DNA of 10,521 bases from an uncultured Deinococcales bacterium (GTDB taxonomy: Bacteria; Deinococcota; Deinococci; Deinococcales; JAAFIG01). A program made the translations under genes and the position numbers. The stretch spans positions 1 to 10,521 of the forward strand of contig CAXTKV010000184.1 of the NCBI GenBank assembly GCA_964244895.1, read 5' to 3'. Below the pieces are notes generated by a model. That model saw only the letters and a list, made by a program, of their open reading frames with translations. It was not told the origin of the DNA and made no database searches. Numbering within the stretch: position 1 is the stretch's first letter; each line of letters begins with the position of its first letter. Positions 8,091 to 10,521 of this stretch are shown here, piece by piece.

Positions 8091-8975
8091 ATGAGCCTCG
8101 AGCCTCCAGCCACCATCGCGTTCATCGGCATCGGACTGATGGGCGAACCGATGGCGATGAACTTGCTGCGCGCGGGTTTCGGGTTGCGCGTCTGGAACCG
8201 CACGCCAGAGAAAACCTTAGCGGTCGTGAACGCCGGAGCGTACCCCGCCAGCAGTCCCGCCGATGCCGCCCACGGCGCCCAGGCCACGATCCTGATGCTT
8301 GAGAACGGCGCGGTCGTGACCGACGTGCTGTTCGCCCAGGGGCTGGCGGACGCGCTTCAGCCCGGAAGCCTCCTGATCGACATGAGTTCCATCGCGCCCG
8401 CCACCGCTGAAGATCACGCCGGATTGATGACTGAAAAGGGCATCCGGTACATCGATGCGCCCGTCTCCGGCGGCACCATCGGTGCGCGGGACGGTGCGCT
8501 CGCCATCATGGCCGGAGGGCTCGAGGCCGATATTCTCGAGGCCACTCCGATCTTCAATGCCTTTGGGAGTGCCACCCACGTCGGCCCGCACGGGCGCGGA
8601 CAGTTGTGCAAGCTCGTCAACCAGGCCATCGTGGCCGTGACCATCGGCGCGGTCGCTGAAGGCTTGCTGCTCGCCGCGCGCGGCGGTGCCGACCACGCTC
8701 AAGTCAGAAAAGCCATCATGGGCGGATTCTGCCAATCTCGGATTCTCGAGCTTCACGCTCAGCGCATGATCGAGCGGAACTTTGCGCCCGGCGGAACCGT
8801 CAAGAATCAACTCAAGGATCTGGACGCGGTGCTCCAAGTCGCCTCAACGCTCAACCTGAGGCTGCCCTTGACGGCTCGGGTGCGCGAGTCGTTCGCTGAT
8901 CTCGCGGCCTCTGGGGGTTCCATGCTCGATCACAGCGCGCTGTACCTGCAACTCGAGTCGATCAACGGAAATTGA
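8091..8975 (+). CDS. NAD(P)-dependent beta-hydroxyacid dehydrogenase (2-hydroxy-3-oxopropionate reductase / 3-hydroxyisobutyrate dehydrogenase family), 294 aa
   Basis: IAFIGIGLMGEPMA, WNRT, DMSS, DAPVSGG, catalytic KLVNQ, KDL; GGAG RBS before ATG 8091, 10 nt after the lactonase stop. Confidence 0.9.
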   Translation: MSLEPPATIAFIGIGLMGEPMAMNLLRAGFGLRVWNRTPEKTLAVVNAGAYPASSPADAAHGAQATILMLENGAVVTDVLFAQGLADALQPGSLLIDMSSIAPATAEDHAGLMTEKGIRYIDAPVSGGTIGARDGALAIMAGGLEADILEATPIFNAFGSATHVGPHGRGQLCKLVNQAIVAVTIGAVAEGLLLAARGGADHAQVRKAIMGGFCQSRILELHAQRMIERNFAPGGTVKNQLKDLDAVLQVASTLNLRLPLTARVRESFADLAASGGSMLDHSALYLQLESINGN

Positions 8976-9010
8976 TGCTCGTAGAAGATCTCGATCCACA
9001 CGTGTTTTTC

Positions 9011-9071
9011 GTAGGGGCGCTGCTTGCTGCGCCCTGTACCCGTTGAAGGGCGCAGCAAGCAGCGCCCCTAC
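9011..9071. repeat. GTAG-type REP doublet (REPIN-like)
   Basis: Perfect 25-bp inverted repeat GTAGGGGCGCTGCTTGCTGCGCCCT (9011-9035 / 9047-9071) with 11-nt spacer; each arm is GTAG plus an internal GGGCGC...GCGCCC palindrome. Confidence 0.85.
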
Positions 9072-9107
9072 AGTTGCGAGGATGGTCGAGTGAGTTAGCC
9101 CATCCAG

Positions 9108-9153
9108 AACACCGTCCAGTACGTATCCTCGAGAACGCGTGCTTGACGGTGTT
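9108..9153. repeat. Palindromic element, copy 5 (14-nt spacer)
   Basis: AACACCGTCCAGTACG-N14-CGTGCTTGACGGTGTT; 15/16 per arm. Confidence 0.8.
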
Positions 9154-9166
9154 CCCATGACTCGCG

Positions 9167-9198
9167 AACGAAGATCGGGGCATCCGAAGACGCCCCGA
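9167..9198 (-). terminator. Probable gap 3' hairpin/terminator
   Basis: Minus strand TCGGGGCGTC-TTCG-GATGCCCCGA (cUUCGg tetraloop) followed by TCTTCGTT, about 22 nt after the gap stop. Confidence 0.65.
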
Positions 9199-9220
9199 CT
9201 CGATCTAAATTCCTGAGGGT

Positions 9221-10222
9221 TTACAGCCTGTCGCCCATGTACTTGGCCAGATCGGCCACGCGGCACGAGTAACCCCACTCGTTGTCGTACCAGGCGACCA
9301 CCTTGATGAAATTCCCGCCCAGCACCAGCGTTTCCAGCGCGCTGAAGATGCTGGAATTCGTGTTGCCCTTGAGATCCATGCTGACCAGTGGTTCTTCGGT
9401 GTACTCGACGATGCCCTTCAGGGGGCCTTCGGCGGCGGCCTTCATGGTCGAGTTGATCTCCTCGACGGTGGTGTCCTTGCTCAGGATCGCGGTGAAATCG
9501 ACCACGCTGACCGTGCTGGTCGGCACGCGGAAGGCCATGCCGGTGAATTTGCCCTGCAATTCGGGGATCACCAACCCGACCGCCCTGGCCGCACCGGTCG
9601 CGCTGGGCACGATATTGATCGCGGCGGCGCGGCTGTCGCGCGGGTCGTCGCCCTTGATCGCGTCCACCAGGCTCTGGCTGGCCGTGTAAGCGTGGATGGT
9701 CGTCAGGATGCCCTTCTCGATGCCGAACTTGTCGAACAGCACCTTGGCCACGGGCGCGAGACCGTTGGTGGTGCAGGATGCGTTGCTGACGACCGTGTGC
9801 TTTTCAGTATCGTACTTGCCTTCGTTGACGCCCATCACGATCGTCAGGTCTTCGCCCTTGGCGGGTGCGCTGATGATGACTTTCTTCGCACCGCCGCCCG
9901 TGACGTGCGCGCGCGCGTCTTCAGCTTTGGTGAAGCGCCCAGTGGATTCGATCACGATGTCCACGCCCATGCTGGCCCACGGGATCTTGCTCGGGTCGCG
10001 CTCCTCGAAGACGCGAACCTTCTTGCCGCCGACCACGATGCCGTCCTCCTCGGAGGTGATGGTCGCCGGGTACTTGCCGTAATTGCTGTCGTATTTCAAA
10101 AGGTGCGCCAACATGGCGTTGTCGGTCAGGTCGTTGACCGCCGCGACTTCCATGCCGCGCTCCTGAAGAATCCGGAACACCTGACGCCCGATTCGACCGA
10201 AGCCGTTGATTCCGATTTTCAT
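9221..10222 (-). CDS. gap: Glyceraldehyde-3-phosphate dehydrogenase, type I (333 aa)
   Basis: MKIGINGFGRIGR, active site ASCTTNGLAP, WYDNEWGYS; AAGGAGGT RBS before ATG 10222. Confidence 0.98.
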   Translation of the reverse strand: MKIGINGFGRIGRQVFRILQERGMEVAAVNDLTDNAMLAHLLKYDSNYGKYPATITSEEDGIVVGGKKVRVFEERDPSKIPWASMGVDIVIESTGRFTKAEDARAHVTGGGAKKVIISAPAKGEDLTIVMGVNEGKYDTEKHTVVSNASCTTNGLAPVAKVLFDKFGIEKGILTTIHAYTASQSLVDAIKGDDPRDSRAAAINIVPSATGAARAVGLVIPELQGKFTGMAFRVPTSTVSVVDFTAILSKDTTVEEINSTMKAAAEGPLKGIVEYTEEPLVSMDLKGNTNSSIFSALETLVLGGNFIKVVAWYDNEWGYSCRVADLAKYMGDRL

Positions 10223-10258
10223 GTGAACCTCCTTGTTGCCCGAGGTGTCCTCGCGCAT

Positions 10259-10278
10259 TTTGCGCGCAAACGATATCA
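10259..10278 (-). promoter_or_regulatory. Putative gap extended -10 promoter with adjacent palindrome
   Basis: Minus strand TG-A-TATCGT (10278-10270) running into the perfect palindrome TTTGCGCGCAAA (10259-10270). Confidence 0.45.
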
Positions 10279-10392
10279 CGTCCGCTTTCCTGGCCGACGC
10301 GAGCTGAACCGAGTTCATCATCGCCCTTTCTCGGCCTCTCGAGCGTCAGCCACACGACGTTCGCGGAATCCCGGAGGCTCGAGAATGCGGAC

Positions 10393-10521
10393 GTGAGTGC
10401 TTCCCAACCCACCGCACCGCTGTTCGAGCGCATCGGTGCGGCCAAACTCCGCGCGATCGTCCAGGCGTTCTACCCACTGGTCAAGGCACACCCGTTGCTG
10501 ACGGACATCTTCCCAGAAGAC
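10393..10521 (+). CDS. Group II truncated hemoglobin (2/2 globin, HbO/YjbI-like), 5' part, runs off the window
   Basis: MSASQPTAPLFERIGAAKLRAIVQAFYPLVKAHPLLTDIFPED matches the N-terminal pattern of group II 2/2 globins (aromatic-E-x-IG...FY-xx-V-xx-HPLL-xx-IFP-x-D). Confidence 0.85.
   Translation, partial: MSASQPTAPLFERIGAAKLRAIVQAFYPLVKAHPLLTDIFPED

Noticed and set aside
77..9153. CRISPR array or canonical integron array interpretation of the repeats
   Set aside because: Repeats are dispersed rather than regularly spaced, no cas or intI gene is present, and attC consensus flanks are not met.
10223..10321. 33-aa N-terminal extension of gap
   Set aside because: The canonical MKIGINGFGRIGR start with a strong RBS is at 10222.

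Overview
High-GC bacterial window, probably Deinococcota (inferred from gene content and leaderless-looking starts). It contains: a large STAND-type ATPase/TPR regulator with a C-terminal winged-helix/BTAD-like region (+); an unannotated 37-aa hydrophobic small protein with a long structured leader (-); gntK-gnd (-) divergent from an SMP-30/gluconolactonase plus beta-hydroxyacid dehydrogenase pair (+); gap (-); and the 5' end of a group II truncated hemoglobin (+). Main unexplained signals: (i) the same 11-bp-period direct-repeat promoter architecture on both sides of the regulator, pointing at an off-window gene and at the small protein; (ii) five copies of a 16-bp-arm palindromic element at gene boundaries; (iii) a GTAG-type REP doublet; (iv) strong CTCGAG over-representation.
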